DNA of 64,000 nt from an uncultured Methanomicrobiales archaeon (GCA_963758915.1 CAVWXH010000016.1:224001-288000); one strand, 5' to 3'; positions 20,359 to 31,784 are shown, counted from the first letter of the stretch. Notes: generated from the letters alone by a model not told the origin. Numbers and translations: made by a program.

Positions 20359-20727
20359 CTCTTCCCCACTATCACTTCTTTTCATTCTCGCCCTGAATAG
20401 TATATAGTTATGAGGGAGACCTTTTGAGTTGACCCGGTTTACCTGGCAGTGATTATTAAAAATCGTTATCAGGGCAGGAAAATATCCAATTCCTTCGCAT
20501 AACGCGTTTCACAATATGTGAAATAACCGGGTGTACCAGGTACCGGCCTTCCAGCCTACCCCCTCCCTCCAAGACTGGAGAAGTACAATGCAGGAAAATT
20601 TAATGCTGGTTTTTTTGGTCAAGCCATTTTTGTAAAGGCCCTCATCTCGAAATCATTTTATTCTGACTAAGACGTATGGTTTCATAGTCATTTGGAGACT
20701 CTTTAACTATACAGGTGATTCGGAAAT

Positions 20728-20889
20728 ATGATGGAAAAGCATGGTAGTCAGGTATGCAGGTATACCTCTGATCCCGCAGAGGGAGATCCGGATGCAGGAA
20801 TAAATCCAGGTACAGCATTTACATCACTTACTGGTACCTGGCATTGCCCGGTCTATGAATCCCCAAAAGAAAAATTTACCATGATGTAA
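20728..20889 (+). pseudogene. degenerate rubredoxin (2 of 4 Cys retained), absent from the ORF track
   Basis: MMEKHGSQVCRYTSDPAEGDPDAGINPGTAFTSLTGTWHCPVYESPKEKFTMM; GGTGA RBS upstream. Confidence 0.75.
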
Positions 20890-20903
20890 TGGGAAGTGCA
20901 ATA

Positions 20904-22096
20904 ATGGTTTTCAGAACTGTAACTCCGGACTGTTACTCAATTGCTGCGCTCGATTTTGATCGGCGACTTTTTGATGCTCTTATCCCATTACCTGATGGGA
21001 CAAGTTATAATGCATATCTGATCAGGGGGAGTCAGAAGACTGCACTTATTGACACGGTTGACCCCGCAAAAGAGCTGGAACTGGTATCTGATCTGATCCG
21101 TCATGGCGTGGATTCGATAGATTATGTGGTTATTAATCATGCTGAGCAGGACCATTCGGGGTCCCTGCCGATGGTCCTCGAGTTGTTTCCAGTCATCAAA
21201 AGTAGTGACTAATGAGAAGTGCAGGGACCTGCTAATCCATCACCTCGATCTGGAGGAAGACCGGTTTATTACTATTAAGGACCGGGAAACGCTCTCGCTT
21301 GGGAATAAAACACTCGAATTTATCATTGCACCGTGGGTCCACTGGCCTGAAACAATGCTCACCTATCTGAGGGAGGACCGTATCCTTTTTTCATGTGACC
21401 TGTTCGGTATTCATTATGCAACCAGTGACCTGTTCCTGAAAGATGAAAAGACCCTGTATACTGCTGCCAAGCGGTATTATGCAGAAATTATGATGCCTTT
21501 CCGGGCCAGCATCAAAGGGCATATGGAAAAAATCGGAGCACTGGATATTGAGATCATTGCGCCGAGCCACGGTCCTGTCCATAATAATCCAGGTTTTATT
21601 CTCAATGCGTATAATGAATGGATATCAGATTCGGTAAAGAATGAAGTTGTGATCCCCTATGTATCGATGCATGGCAGTACCGAAAAACATGGTGGACCAT
21701 CTGACCAATGCGTTAATTGAGCGGGGGATCGCGGTAAAACCCTTCGATATGACGGTTACCGATACCGGTAACCTTGCAATGTCGCTGGTGGATGCTGCGA
21801 CGGTGGTAATCGCTACCCCTACCGTTCTGTTCGGCCCTCACCCCCAGATTGTTTATGCAACCTACCTTGCGAATATGCTCCACCCCAAAGTAAAATTTGC
21901 ATCGATAATAGGTTCCTATGGCTGGGGTGGTAAGACAACTGATATTTTAAAAGCCATGATGACCCATATCAAACCCGAGCTGCTTGAACCGGTGCTTGTT
22001 CAGGGATTGCCGGGAGAAACCAGTACCAGGGGCCTCGACCGTCTTGCAGATGATATTGCACGGAAACATAAAGAAATCGGACTGCTACCACCATGA
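20904..22096 (+). CDS. fprA: flavodiiron protein FprA; two +1 frameshifts (near 21192 and 21689)
   Basis: GTSYNAYLI, NHAEQDHSG, HWPETM, SCDLFG.H, PSHG, flavodoxin part YVSMHGST and GSYGWGG, spread over three frames. Confidence 0.88.
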
Positions 22097-22441
22097 GTAA
22101 CGGTAGCAGCCATTCACATCTGCATCTATACCCCTGTTTTTTAATCAGGTCATGGAATTCCTGTCAGGATGTTCCCAAGGCCCCGCCCTGCTGAATCTGA
22201 TAGGTGTCAAAGATACCCCGGAAGGTAGTGCTGTTACCTAATCCGGAGGTGACCCGCCAGGAAATTTTCAGGGCAGAAATATAGTTGGAATGTAGATTAT
22301 TGCTTAATTCAAAGGCATAATTGAATAATTTCCCTCCAGAATACTGGCCAATATAATTCCCGCCTGGTACCACAGAAAATCAACTCTTTTTACTTTAACA
22401 TCAGAAAATTGAATAACCTCACAGTCCAACCTGTTATCCCA

Positions 22442-23254
22442 ATGAAGCAGATCGCCCTGTACGGAAAGGGTGGTATCGGCAAGTCCACCACATCGGCCAA
22501 CCTGTCAGCAGCACTGGCAGAGAAGGGACTCGATATTCTCCAGATTGGGTGTGATCCCAAGCGTGACAGCACACGAATGCTGATGCAGGGCAGGTTCATC
22601 CCTACGGTAATGGACCATGTAAGGAAAGAAGGCGATAATGACGTCAGACTTGAAGATATTATGTTCACGGGGTACCGGGGAGTACGGTGCGTCGAGGCAG
22701 GAGGGCCTGAACCCGGTGTAGGGTGTGCCGGACGTGGAATTATTGCCACCTTCCAGATCCTTGAACGCCTTGGTGCTCTGAAAGGGGACATTATTGTCTA
22801 CGATGTCCTTGGAGACGTGGTATGCGGTGGGTTTGCTATGCCGATGCGTGAAGGCTATGCGCAGGAGGTCTACCTTGTCACGTCGGGGGAACTCATGTCC
22901 TTATACGCTGCAAATAATATCTGCAAGGCTATCCAACGCCTGTCCCTGAGGGCGAAGAACCGGTGCCGCCTTGCAGGTGTTATTTGTAATTCAAAAAATA
23001 TGGAAAACGAAGAGGAACTCGTACTCGAATTTTCGAAACGGATCAACAGCCGGCTTATCCATTTCATTCCCCGTGACAGGACTGTCCAGCTGGCCGAACT
23101 TCATAAAAAAACCGTGATTGAATATGCACCCGGGTCTCCTCAGGCAGGGGTATACCGGTCACTTGCAGGGATTGTTGCGACGAATGAACAGTTTACAATT
23201 CCCAATCCGCTGGATACCGATGAGCTTGAATCCCTTGCCTTTGAGTATATCTAG
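22442..23254 (+). CDS. cfbC: nitrogenase iron-protein homolog (NifH/CfbC type)
   Basis: [49 protein letters not shown]; cfbC assignment inferred because cfbC is missing from the cfb cluster. Confidence 0.7.
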   Translation: MKQIALYGKGGIGKSTTSANLSAALAEKGLDILQIGCDPKRDSTRMLMQGRFIPTVMDHVRKEGDNDVRLEDIMFTGYRGVRCVEAGGPEPGVGCAGRGIIATFQILERLGALKGDIIVYDVLGDVVCGGFAMPMREGYAQEVYLVTSGELMSLYAANNICKAIQRLSLRAKNRCRLAGVICNSKNMENEEELVLEFSKRINSRLIHFIPRDRTVQLAELHKKTVIEYAPGSPQAGVYRSLAGIVATNEQFTIPNPLDTDELESLAFEYI

Positions 23255-24287
23255 GACCGGCGGGTGCACCCTTACCGGGGCGCTTGCGGTCACCACCGGG
23301 ATTAAGGACTCAGTTACAATAATTCATGGTCCTCCGGGTTGTGCGCATCATAATTTTTCTCTGCTTCATGCGACTATCCTTGATAATGACTGCCTGGTAA
23401 TCCCCAGCGTCATGTCTTCGGGGATGTCTGAACACGATGTGATATTCGGAGGCGAGGAAGCGCTAATGAGGACGATTAAGGAAGTGGCTTCCGGTGATCC
23501 TGGAATAATATTCGTACTTTCGACATGTATCACCGAGACGATTGGTGACGATGTTCTTGCGGTTACTGAGAATGCGGGAGTTCCTGTCTGCATGGTACCT
23601 ACCGGGGGATTTTTAGGAGGAGATTTTGAAAAAGGTTTTTCCAAAGCCCTCATCGCAGTTTCAAATCTTGCCCTGCCGGTGGTCATTATTCCTGAATGTT
23701 ACCAGAAAATTAAGGGCTCGGTTAATCTGATTGGAGAGAAAAACCTCGAATACGAGGTGGAACAAAACTTCTTGGAAGTTAAGCGCCTGGTTTCCCTGCT
23801 AAACCTTACAATCAATCTCCGTTTTGCCCATGATATCATCCGCTCCGATATTAACCGTCTTCCCCTCGCATCGGTGAATATTTTAAGAGAACCTGCACTG
23901 TCTGGGGTTGGTGATCACCTGCAGTCCATGTTCGGGACGCCGTATATCAGTTCATTTCCCCTGGGTATCAGCGGGACGCTGTCTTTTATCAGGAATGTCG
24001 CCGTCCGGTCAGGATTATGTCCGGATGATGCGTTAGAGAGTGAAAAGGAACGTCACAAGGAGATATTAGAAGGATTTTCAGACCTTCATGGCGCTCCGGT
24101 ACGGCTGATTATTCCGGCAGAGGGACCGGAATACCTGCTGATCAAGGAGATCTCCCGTGCAATCGGACTCAGGGAATCACCTGAAGGGACCATATTGCCG
24201 GTGCCTTACCCATTTCCGGTCGGTACAAGTGGTATGAAAAGGATGCTCCATCTTTGGAGGAGGACACTTACATGCCGGGCTGCTTAA
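23220..24287 (+). CDS. nitrogenase component-1-like protein (short NifD/NifE-like)
   Basis: GCTLTGA (C16), HGPPGC (C41), [23 protein letters not shown] (C103), VNLIGE; 355 aa. Confidence 0.85.
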   Translation: MSLNPLPLSISRTGGCTLTGALAVTTGIKDSVTIIHGPPGCAHHNFSLLHATILDNDCLVIPSVMSSGMSEHDVIFGGEEALMRTIKEVASGDPGIIFVLSTCITETIGDDVLAVTENAGVPVCMVPTGGFLGGDFEKGFSKALIAVSNLALPVVIIPECYQKIKGSVNLIGEKNLEYEVEQNFLEVKRLVSLLNLTINLRFAHDIIRSDINRLPLASVNILREPALSGVGDHLQSMFGTPYISSFPLGISGTLSFIRNVAVRSGLCPDDALESEKERHKEILEGFSDLHGAPVRLIIPAEGPEYLLIKEISRAIGLRESPEGTILPVPYPFPVGTSGMKRMLHLWRRTLTCRAA

Positions 24288-25408
24288 ACCCTGTATGGCC
24301 ATGTGCGCTGACCGGGGCGGTTGCGGCATTATCTGGCTTCTCTGGTATAGCTGTCGTAATTCACGGCTCAAGTGGCTGTTATTTTTACCCGGCCACGTTG
24401 TTGCACAATGATCTCCACAGCACCTTTCTGGTCGAGCAGGAAGTGATCTTCGGTACGAGTGAACGTCTTGTAGAAGTCGTGAAGGAACTTTCCCGGACCT
24501 ACAAAAAAGTAGCAGTTGTCAATTCGTGTGTCCCTTCCATTCTTGGGGAGGATATCAGGGATATTCTGTCAGAATATAATATAATTTTTGTAGATCGCCC
24601 CGGATTTACCGGAGAATTCGAATCCGGCTATCTTAGTGCAGTGAAGGACCTTCCGGTTTGTGTCGGTCAGGGCACCGACAGGGTGAATATTGAAGGGATA
24701 AATCTCATCGACCCGTTCGTGCGTGGTAACCAGCGGGAGGCAGAACGCCTGCTGCAACTGATGGGGGTTTCTGCAGGTACAATATTCTGCCATGACTCGT
24801 ATGAGTCACTCAGTAGTACGGCCGGTTTTTCAGTCACGGTAAATCCAGACCTTTCTGCAGGAATAGGGCAAGAAATAGGCTCATTTCTAGGTCTTCCTGC
24901 AATAAGTAAAACGGCCTGCACTCTTGCAGACAGCTTTTGTAATGCAGAGACCCGCGGAATTGAAAAAGAGATCATACTTGTTGAAGAACGTATTACAAAA
25001 GCAGCAGATAAATACCTGAAACGATTTGATCCGCCCTCGGTAGCCATTTTTACTACCTGTTCATATTCCAGGTTTGCGGCGGCAACCTTACAGAAGTACC
25101 TTGATGCCGATATTCTCTACTGCGGGTCACGAAATGAACCCGGGAATTCATGTACCGCGGCTACGAAAGTTACTTCCCTGGCAATAATTGAGTCGGCGAT
25201 CCGTAAGCATGCTCCCGACCTGGTTATCGGGTCCACCTTTGAACGTTCGGTTGCAGGAAATGCGGCTTTTATCGGACTTACCCCTCCTATCCGTGGTGAG
25301 TTCCGGCTTTCATCGAAACCACTCGCCGGTACAGAAGGGGAACTGTCCTTCATGGAGGACATTCTGAACGCCTGCATGGACTTCCAACAGCGGAAACCCA
25401 TTAAATAG
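24272..25408 (+). CDS. nitrogenase component-1-like protein (short NifK/NifN-like)
   Basis: [11 protein letters not shown] (C11), HGSSGC (C36), EVIFGT, NSCVPSILGEDI (C86), PDLVIGSTFE; 378 aa. Confidence 0.85.
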   Translation: MPGCLNPVWPCALTGAVAALSGFSGIAVVIHGSSGCYFYPATLLHNDLHSTFLVEQEVIFGTSERLVEVVKELSRTYKKVAVVNSCVPSILGEDIRDILSEYNIIFVDRPGFTGEFESGYLSAVKDLPVCVGQGTDRVNIEGINLIDPFVRGNQREAERLLQLMGVSAGTIFCHDSYESLSSTAGFSVTVNPDLSAGIGQEIGSFLGLPAISKTACTLADSFCNAETRGIEKEIILVEERITKAADKYLKRFDPPSVAIFTTCSYSRFAAATLQKYLDADILYCGSRNEPGNSCTAATKVTSLAIIESAIRKHAPDLVIGSTFERSVAGNAAFIGLTPPIRGEFRLSSKPLAGTEGELSFMEDILNACMDFQQRKPIK

Positions 25409-25514
25409 CCCCGAATGAGCGTATCAGTATTTCTTATTTTCTTCCGGTGTTTTTTTATCACTTTCACCCCGCGCATATCGAGATTTTATATACCGTTATA
25501 GTTAGAGAGAATCT

Positions 25515-25955
25515 TTGGCAGACGAGATGACCATGATTTCTAAAGCGGGATACTTTCAACAGAACGGGTATGCGGCACTCGATGACGAAGGAAAGCCAGA
25601 GCACATCGCTGAGTTGAATATCCACGGGACAAAATACGGGATTAGAATAGAAGAACTGAAAGAGGCACTCTATGGGCGCAACCCGGCACGGGTTGAGCGG
25701 GTGTTCCAGAACTGGCAGCAGTACCTGGGGGGCATCGCAGGGCTTGCCCGTATATCCCGTTCGGGAAAGGCATTGAATATTGAACTGGTCGAAGGGGGAA
25801 GATATACTGTCGCTCTTGACTCCCTGGTTTCAGCGCTTTCGCGGCGGGGTGTGTATGCATCGGTCGGAGAGATTCCGGAGACTGTTACTTCGTGGGACAT
25901 CAGTGGACGAAGAATCGCACAGGGTCAGCAGACAATTCCGGTACATGCTACATAA
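25515..25955 (+). CDS. hypothetical protein
   Basis: 146-aa ORF with protein-like composition and a TTTTATA promoter-like sequence upstream. Confidence 0.6.
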   Translation: MADEMTMISKAGYFQQNGYAALDDEGKPEHIAELNIHGTKYGIRIEELKEALYGRNPARVERVFQNWQQYLGGIAGLARISRSGKALNIELVEGGRYTVALDSLVSALSRRGVYASVGEIPETVTSWDISGRRIAQGQQTIPVHAT

Positions 25956-27114
25956 TCCGGGAATATTCGTTAGTACGACATAAAAATGAGAGAGTAATCA
26001 GGTCTTTAATTACTAGATCTGCAATAGCATCACCGACGCCGGATGTCCCCAACAGACCCCCCATATCTTTTGTTACATTTCCTGAAAGAATACATTTCTC
26101 TATTGCACTGACAATTGCAGCAGCAGCTTGATGTTCCCCGATATGGTCGAGGAGCATGGAACCCGCCCAGATGGTGGCCATCGGGTTCGCAACCCCCAAT
26201 CCCTTGTACTTCGGAGCAGACCCGTGAATAGGTTCAAACATCGAGGTCCCTTCAGGATTGATGTTACCGCCCGGGGCAAGGCCAAGACCCCCCTGTATCA
26301 TTGCACCAAGATCAGTGATAATATCACCAAACATGTTCGGGGTGACCACTACATCGAACCATTCCGGGTTCTTTACGAACCACATCGTGATGGCATCGAC
26401 AAAATTAAACTCCGTCGTAACCCCGGGGTGTCCTGATGCACTTTCAAGAAAAACGTCCCGCCAGAGGCCATATATATCAGACAGCACATTTGCCTTGTCT
26501 ACTGAGGTCAATTTCTTCTTACGTCTCTCTGCGAGGTCAAAGGAGTAATCAATTACGCGACGGGCTCCTTCCCTGGTAATAACCCCTATCTGGTAGGCGA
26601 TCTCTTCCGCATCGCTCTCCACATCGAGGTCGAATTTTACGTTATAGAGTTCACGGTTGATTAATAACTCAATGCTCTGTTTCTTTTTGAACCGGGAACC
26701 AATTCCAACGTAGAAGTCCTCGGTGTTTTCTCTCACCACGACAAAGTCGATATCTTCCGGACGCTTTCCGGCAAGTGGTGTTGTCACACCTTCCAGCAGG
26801 CGGATTGGTCGTAGATTAATATATTGATCAAAGTAAAAGCGGAGGCTTAGAAGGATTCCTTTCTCCAGGATTCCCGGTTTAACCCGTTCATCCCCGATAG
26901 CCCCGAAATAGATCGCCGGGAACGCTGATAATTCTTTTAAGTCCGTCTCGGTGAGTAGGGTTCCTGTTTTAAGGTACCGTTCAGCACCGATATCAAAGTC
27001 AGTCCACCGGATGTCAAAGTTGAACCGCTCTCCGGCTGCGTCCAGGACTTTTTTTCCTTCAAGAATAATTTCCGGCCCTATTCCGTCGCCACCTATTGAT
27101 GCGATGCGATACAT
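25948..27114 (-). CDS. leuB: 3-isopropylmalate / isocitrate-family dehydrogenase
   Basis: [40 protein letters not shown]. Confidence 0.8.
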   Translation of the reverse strand: MYRIASIGGDGIGPEIILEGKKVLDAAGERFNFDIRWTDFDIGAERYLKTGTLLTETDLKELSAFPAIYFGAIGDERVKPGILEKGILLSLRFYFDQYINLRPIRLLEGVTTPLAGKRPEDIDFVVVRENTEDFYVGIGSRFKKKQSIELLINRELYNVKFDLDVESDAEEIAYQIGVITREGARRVIDYSFDLAERRKKKLTSVDKANVLSDIYGLWRDVFLESASGHPGVTTEFNFVDAITMWFVKNPEWFDVVVTPNMFGDIITDLGAMIQGGLGLAPGGNINPEGTSMFEPIHGSAPKYKGLGVANPMATIWAGSMLLDHIGEHQAAAAIVSAIEKCILSGNVTKDMGGLLGTSGVGDAIADLVIKDLITLSFLCRTNEYSRIM

Positions 27115-27593
27115 AGCGGCACCTCCTGAAATTCCCGGGCATATTCCACCAGACCACCTGAGTTTACAATTTTCATCAGGAAATCAGGAATAGGCTCTAT
27201 GGGCAGCTTCTTCCCCTCAACAATGAGATGACCCCCTGTTAAATCAACCATTACACTGTTCCCTTCGATAATGGAACCCGCTTTATCGCAGATAACAGGA
27301 AGCAGCCCGACGTTTATCGCATTCCGGTAAAAAATCCGTGCGAATGATTCGGCTATCACCATGGTAATCCCGGCCCCCTTCAATGCAATCGGTGCATGCT
27401 CACGGGATGACCCGCATCCAAAATTCTTACCGGCAACAATAACGTCCCCCATTTTCACTTCACTGGCAAATTCGTCCCGTATGCCTTCAAATGCATGTTT
27501 TGCGAGTTCATGGGGATCGTAAATGGTAAGGAACCTTCCGGGTATTATTGCATCAGTGTCGATATTATCTCCAAATTTCCATATTCGCATCAT
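27093..27593 (-). CDS. leuD: isopropylmalate dehydratase / homoaconitase small subunit
   Basis: [33 protein letters not shown]. Confidence 0.8.
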   Translation of the reverse strand: MMRIWKFGDNIDTDAIIPGRFLTIYDPHELAKHAFEGIRDEFASEVKMGDVIVAGKNFGCGSSREHAPIALKGAGITMVIAESFARIFYRNAINVGLLPVICDKAGSIIEGNSVMVDLTGGHLIVEGKKLPIEPIPDFLMKIVNSGGLVEYAREFQEVPLCIASHQ

Positions 27594-28843
27594 CCCACCT
27601 CCCGTGGATCAGTTATTTCACCATACATGGCGCTTGCAGCTGCTGTGGCAGGTGAACAAAGGTAAACTGAAGCACCGGTACTCCCCTGGCGGCCCTTAAA
27701 ATTACGGTTGGACGTTGATAGTGAGACCTCTCCCGGCGCCAGGAGCCCGAATGCACCTCCCATGCATGGCCCGCAGCAGGGGGCTTCAACAAGTGCACCT
27801 GCTGTAACGAAACGTTCTACCAGTCCCGCACGCAGGGTCTTTAAATATTCCTGCCGTGATGCAGGTATGATGATGACCCTGACGTTATCTGAGAACTTGC
27901 GGTTTCCAAGAACTTCGGCAACCTCAATAAAATCTTCAAACCGCCCGTTCGTGCAGGAACCGATAAACACCTGGTCGATGGTTGTCCCGGCAACTTTTGT
28001 CACATCAACTCCAAGGTCGACATTATGAGGTTCTGCGACCTGTGGTGGAAGGTTTGTCACATTATAGGCCCGTTCATCGATGAAAGATGCATTATTATCG
28101 CTTTCCAGCAAAAAAGGTATCACATCCCGTAACCTGCTGATGTAGTCCCATGTAATGGTATCCGGTGGTACTATCCCTGCTTTTGCGCCCATCTCAATTG
28201 CCATGTTACAGCAGGTCATACGCCCTGACATGTCCATGGCCTTCATGGTGTCTCCGGTAAATTCAATCGCCTTGTACGTGGCCCCGTCGGCACCGATATC
28301 TGCTGCTACAGCGAGGATCAGGTCTTTTGGCCCTACTCTTTTCTGAAAAGAACCATTGGTAGTTACCCTGATAGTTTCCGGTACACGGAAATATAATGCT
28401 CCGAATTTCAGGGCAAATCCCATGTCTGTAGAGCCGATACCTGTTGCAAAGGCACCTCCGGCTCCATACATACAGGTGTGGGAATCTGCACCTACGACGA
28501 TCTCACCGGGTGCTGCTTTACCCATCTCCATGGTCACCTGGTGGCATACACCCTCCCGGAGATCATAATTATATATTCCCTGTTCTTTTGCAAAATTTCG
28601 CATATACACATGATTTTCAGCAGCTTCTATTGAGTCAGCAGGGATCTGGTGGTCAAAGAGCATGGTGACCCTTTCCGGACTGTGGACCTGTTTCCCTCCC
28701 ATTTCATAAAATTTCCGGATGGCAAGGGGCCCCGTAATATCGTGGATCATGGCGTTATCCACAGGAGCCATGACTACTTCACCTGCACAGACATCCTTTT
28801 TACATTTCATCGAAAATATTTTCTCAACTATCGTTGCACCCAT
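27590..28843 (-). CDS. leuC: isopropylmalate dehydratase / homoaconitase large subunit
   Basis: HDITGP, GVCHQ, GADSHTC, GSCTNGR, CGPCMG, STSNRNF.GR. Confidence 0.82.
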   Translation of the reverse strand: MGATIVEKIFSMKCKKDVCAGEVVMAPVDNAMIHDITGPLAIRKFYEMGGKQVHSPERVTMLFDHQIPADSIEAAENHVYMRNFAKEQGIYNYDLREGVCHQVTMEMGKAAPGEIVVGADSHTCMYGAGGAFATGIGSTDMGFALKFGALYFRVPETIRVTTNGSFQKRVGPKDLILAVAADIGADGATYKAIEFTGDTMKAMDMSGRMTCCNMAIEMGAKAGIVPPDTITWDYISRLRDVIPFLLESDNNASFIDERAYNVTNLPPQVAEPHNVDLGVDVTKVAGTTIDQVFIGSCTNGRFEDFIEVAEVLGNRKFSDNVRVIIIPASRQEYLKTLRAGLVERFVTAGALVEAPCCGPCMGGAFGLLAPGEVSLSTSNRNFKGRQGSTGASVYLCSPATAAASAMYGEITDPREVG

Positions 28844-29066
28844 GCTCGATCACCTGTTACATTAGATTTTTTATTATATTCCATTTTGGGTTGACTCCTC
28901 TGCTTTCTGTCACAAAAAAAAGTTATCTGTTCTGTTAATGCCTTCTTCCCTGTTGACCGGGGTCTTATTCTTAATTTATTCAAACAGAATCCGGATAAAT
29001 TTGTTGGATTGTACCGTTAATAACCCTTTTAATGCTGAATGCCGTATCTTATCACGGATTTAAATA

Positions 29067-29507
29067 ATGGAAAGAAATATCGGATTCAAAGAAAGGAGAT
29101 ATATTGAGGAATTACGGATCCTCACAAAGTCAACAGCACTTGATTGTGTGATTGATGAGCGTTTCTGCCGGGTAATATATGTTGTAAAAGTTGGTGATAT
29201 GGGTCTGGCCATAGGGAAAAAAGGTGAAAATATCCGGAGGATGCAGAATGTACTTGGAAAAAGGATTGAGATGGTGGAGTACGCCGATTCATTGGATGAA
29301 TTCATCGTGAATATCTTCAGGCCGGCTGAAATAGATCATATCCGGAAAAAGAACGGCGAATTACAGGTAGACATATTTCTAAAGAATAAAAATGATCTTG
29401 GGATTGCTATTGGTAAAGGAGGATGCAATATTGAGAAAGGGCGTATACTTCTGAAACGCTTTTTCGGTTATGATTTATGTGAAGTGCTTGCGGAAGGTGT
29501 AGAATGA
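29067..29507 (+). CDS. nusA: archaeal NusA-like KH protein
   Basis: Two GxAIGKxG KH motifs. Confidence 0.9.
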   Translation: MERNIGFKERRYIEELRILTKSTALDCVIDERFCRVIYVVKVGDMGLAIGKKGENIRRMQNVLGKRIEMVEYADSLDEFIVNIFRPAEIDHIRKKNGELQVDIFLKNKNDLGIAIGKGGCNIEKGRILLKRFFGYDLCEVLAEGVE

Positions 29508-29797
29508 GTGAAACGGAAGTCCTCGACGAACTGTTCAGGGTAATCGATGATAGAATTGTAAACCCGAAACCCGGGTCATATGTGAGCGGTCTTGTTACGG
29601 ACCCGAAAGGGATTGACAAGGTCCTGGAAAAAGTGGGTGAAGAGACTACCGAGTTTATTATTGCCATGAAAAACGGTATCCCGCGGCGTACCATTGAAGA
29701 GGCGGCTGACCTGCAGTTCCACCTCCTTATAGCGCTTCGGCTTGCCGGAATTGATCTCTCCGATCTTATGACCGAGTTAAAAAAACGAAGACGTTAG
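29504..29797 (+). CDS. hisE: phosphoribosyl-ATP pyrophosphatase
   Basis: SYV, EKVGEETTE, EEAADLQFH. Confidence 0.92.
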   Translation: MSETEVLDELFRVIDDRIVNPKPGSYVSGLVTDPKGIDKVLEKVGEETTEFIIAMKNGIPRRTIEEAADLQFHLLIALRLAGIDLSDLMTELKKRRR

Positions 29798-29953
29798 AGA
29801 TTTTCTTAAAAAAACTGATATCTGAATTATTTAAAGGGTAACTATTTTTTTATAACAGGCAACAGTTATATCAATTCTAATAATTTTTTGTATCATTCTG
29901 CTGTGATACTACAGGTAAATTAATTTTCAAAATCCAGGTTTTTCCCCAGTTAT

Positions 29954-30418
29954 TCATCCATAGAGGAACGCCTGTAGTCCAATAAACGGGGGGAGATCTC
30001 TGTTCTGTAACCCGGATGATTCTGCCACCGCTCGTTCAAGGAATATATTGGATTTACATCGTATTGCAATTGCAATTCCATCACTCGGGCGGCAGTCTAT
30101 CATTTCCTCGTGATTGTCCCTGTAGAGCATGAGATTTGCATAATATACCCCTTCCTCGAGAGAGTCGATGTGGAGGGCCCTGAGTGTGACCTGGTAACGG
30201 TTCAGGAATTCGAGAAAAAGGTCATGGGTCAGGGGTCGTGGAGTTATTTCATTATGTAATGCAGTATTGATAGAAATTGCTTCCCAAAGCCCGATATATA
30301 TCGGGAGGCAGGTGTCACAAGCCATATCAAGAATTACTGCAGGTGAAGTACCTGCTTGTGATACCGCAACAAAAACCCCCCTGACACTGCAGGGAATCAG
30401 ATCCATGTGAGGATTCAT
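29954..30418 (-). CDS. bifunctional nuclease family protein (DUF151)
   Basis: LPIYIGLWEA, PRPLTHDL, DCRPSDGIAIA. Confidence 0.9.
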   Translation of the reverse strand: MNPHMDLIPCSVRGVFVAVSQAGTSPAVILDMACDTCLPIYIGLWEAISINTALHNEITPRPLTHDLFLEFLNRYQVTLRALHIDSLEEGVYYANLMLYRDNHEEMIDCRPSDGIAIAIRCKSNIFLERAVAESSGLQNRDLPPFIGLQAFLYG

Positions 30419-30466
30419 CAGTCTGATTGATGATAAGAGTTCGCGTCAGGTCATGTGTCTCATAAA

Positions 30467-31039
30467 TCAGATCGCAAAAAGATCGCGGTTTCCCGTAATC
30501 CTGATAAGGCCTGCCCTGAGCGCGGCATCAAGCCAGCCATGTCCATAACTGAAACAGGCAAGTGCATCCTCGTTCCTCTGCACCTTCAAAAACATTTTCC
30601 CCCCGATCAGATAGGCCGTTGCCACGGCAATCACACGCTCACCTCCATCATACCAGTGGATACCTGTTTCAGAACCTGGTTTTGATGATGTAATGGCGCT
30701 ATCGAGAAGTCGTTCGTACCGGCAGGCTTTTTCAATAAGTTGATGATGATAATGGCTGGGAACCGGGGTCCCTTCTGACAAAAGGTTTCTGCAAAGGGTA
30801 CCGGACGCAAAAATTCCAATATAGTGACCGGTATCCAGCCAGCCCGCAGCATAGGCAAAACTTGCAAGTGCGTTTACAGGGTCACCGTTACCCATAAAAC
30901 ATCCCCCGTCCGCCAGGTAGCATTGAGCCATCCCGAGGATATCCCCGCCTGCGAGTGCAAGCAGGCTTCCACGTGGAGCCAGGATATCTGATTGTTCCAG
31001 GATTGCGGATAGATCCTTATGGAATGTGCTGATTTCCAT
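30467..31039 (-). CDS. tandem DUF357 domain protein
   Basis: Two repeats of Y..DG..F...D.VNALA.F.YA.GWLD. Confidence 0.8.
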   Translation of the reverse strand: MEISTFHKDLSAILEQSDILAPRGSLLALAGGDILGMAQCYLADGGCFMGNGDPVNALASFAYAAGWLDTGHYIGIFASGTLCRNLLSEGTPVPSHYHHQLIEKACRYERLLDSAITSSKPGSETGIHWYDGGERVIAVATAYLIGGKMFLKVQRNEDALACFSYGHGWLDAALRAGLIRITGNRDLFAI

Positions 31040-31784
31040 AACCTGCAAACACCTCCAGGTATTCGCGCTCCATATCATGGAGACCTGCGGGGATTACCAG
31101 GATATGAAGCGGCCCGCCGAAATCCGTAGTTCTCATGATATCTGCGTTACCTGCCCTTACCACGGGTTCCCGTGAACCCGCACGGGCTATCCCGACATAG
31201 CAGGAAATTTGAAATCCGGATTCCATAATCATGGGTTCGAGGAGATTTACCGCCTCCCGGATTGTCATATAACGGTTCTCCTGGATATCCAGGTAGACGA
31301 TGGTGTGCAGGTTATCAGCCAGATTTTTCCCGATCACCTGGGCCGGGGTAGTCGGGCACCATTTGCCATGGGGGAATGGAAGTGAACAGGACTTCCCAAA
31401 CCTGTAATTCTGCAGCCCTGAAAGACCACAGACTGCCGATACAATTGATGAACCATGAATAATTTCTGTCTTCACCCCCATGTGCGCAGCCCGTACCCGG
31501 AGATCGATGTGGGTGGTCGAGACCAACGGGTCGCCCCCGGTGAGAAAGACCACCTTCTTTGTCAGCGCTTCTGATAAGAACACTTCAGGGTGCTGTTCAA
31601 CGTCATCTCTTTTCAGGACCTCAAGGTCTTTCCCGTAATACCGCACCATCTCTTCCGGCGAGGTCCCGGTGAGGAGTGAGGTATATGCTTCGAGATAGAC
31701 CCGGTCAGCACTCCTGATAGCCTTTAAACCCTTCGCCGAGACATCTTCAAGGTCATAGAGGCCCAGCCCTACAAACGTAAGCAT
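31017..31784 (-). CDS. dph5: diphthine synthase
   Basis: [45 protein letters not shown]. Confidence 0.95.
   Translation of the reverse strand: MLTFVGLGLYDLEDVSAKGLKAIRSADRVYLEAYTSLLTGTSPEEMVRYYGKDLEVLKRDDVEQHPEVFLSEALTKKVVFLTGGDPLVSTTHIDLRVRAAHMGVKTEIIHGSSIVSAVCGLSGLQNYRFGKSCSLPFPHGKWCPTTPAQVIGKNLADNLHTIVYLDIQENRYMTIREAVNLLEPMIMESGFQISCYVGIARAGSREPVVRAGNADIMRTTDFGGPLHILVIPAGLHDMEREYLEVFAGYGNQHIP

Noticed and set aside
22164-22373. 69-aa minus-strand ORF between fprA and nifH
   Set aside because: No motif, GTG start and no clear RBS; at most a gene remnant.
22442-25408. True nitrogen-fixation (nifHDK) operon
   Set aside because: The subunits are far shorter than NifD/NifK, no FeMo-co ligand motifs are evident, and nifE/N/B/I are absent.
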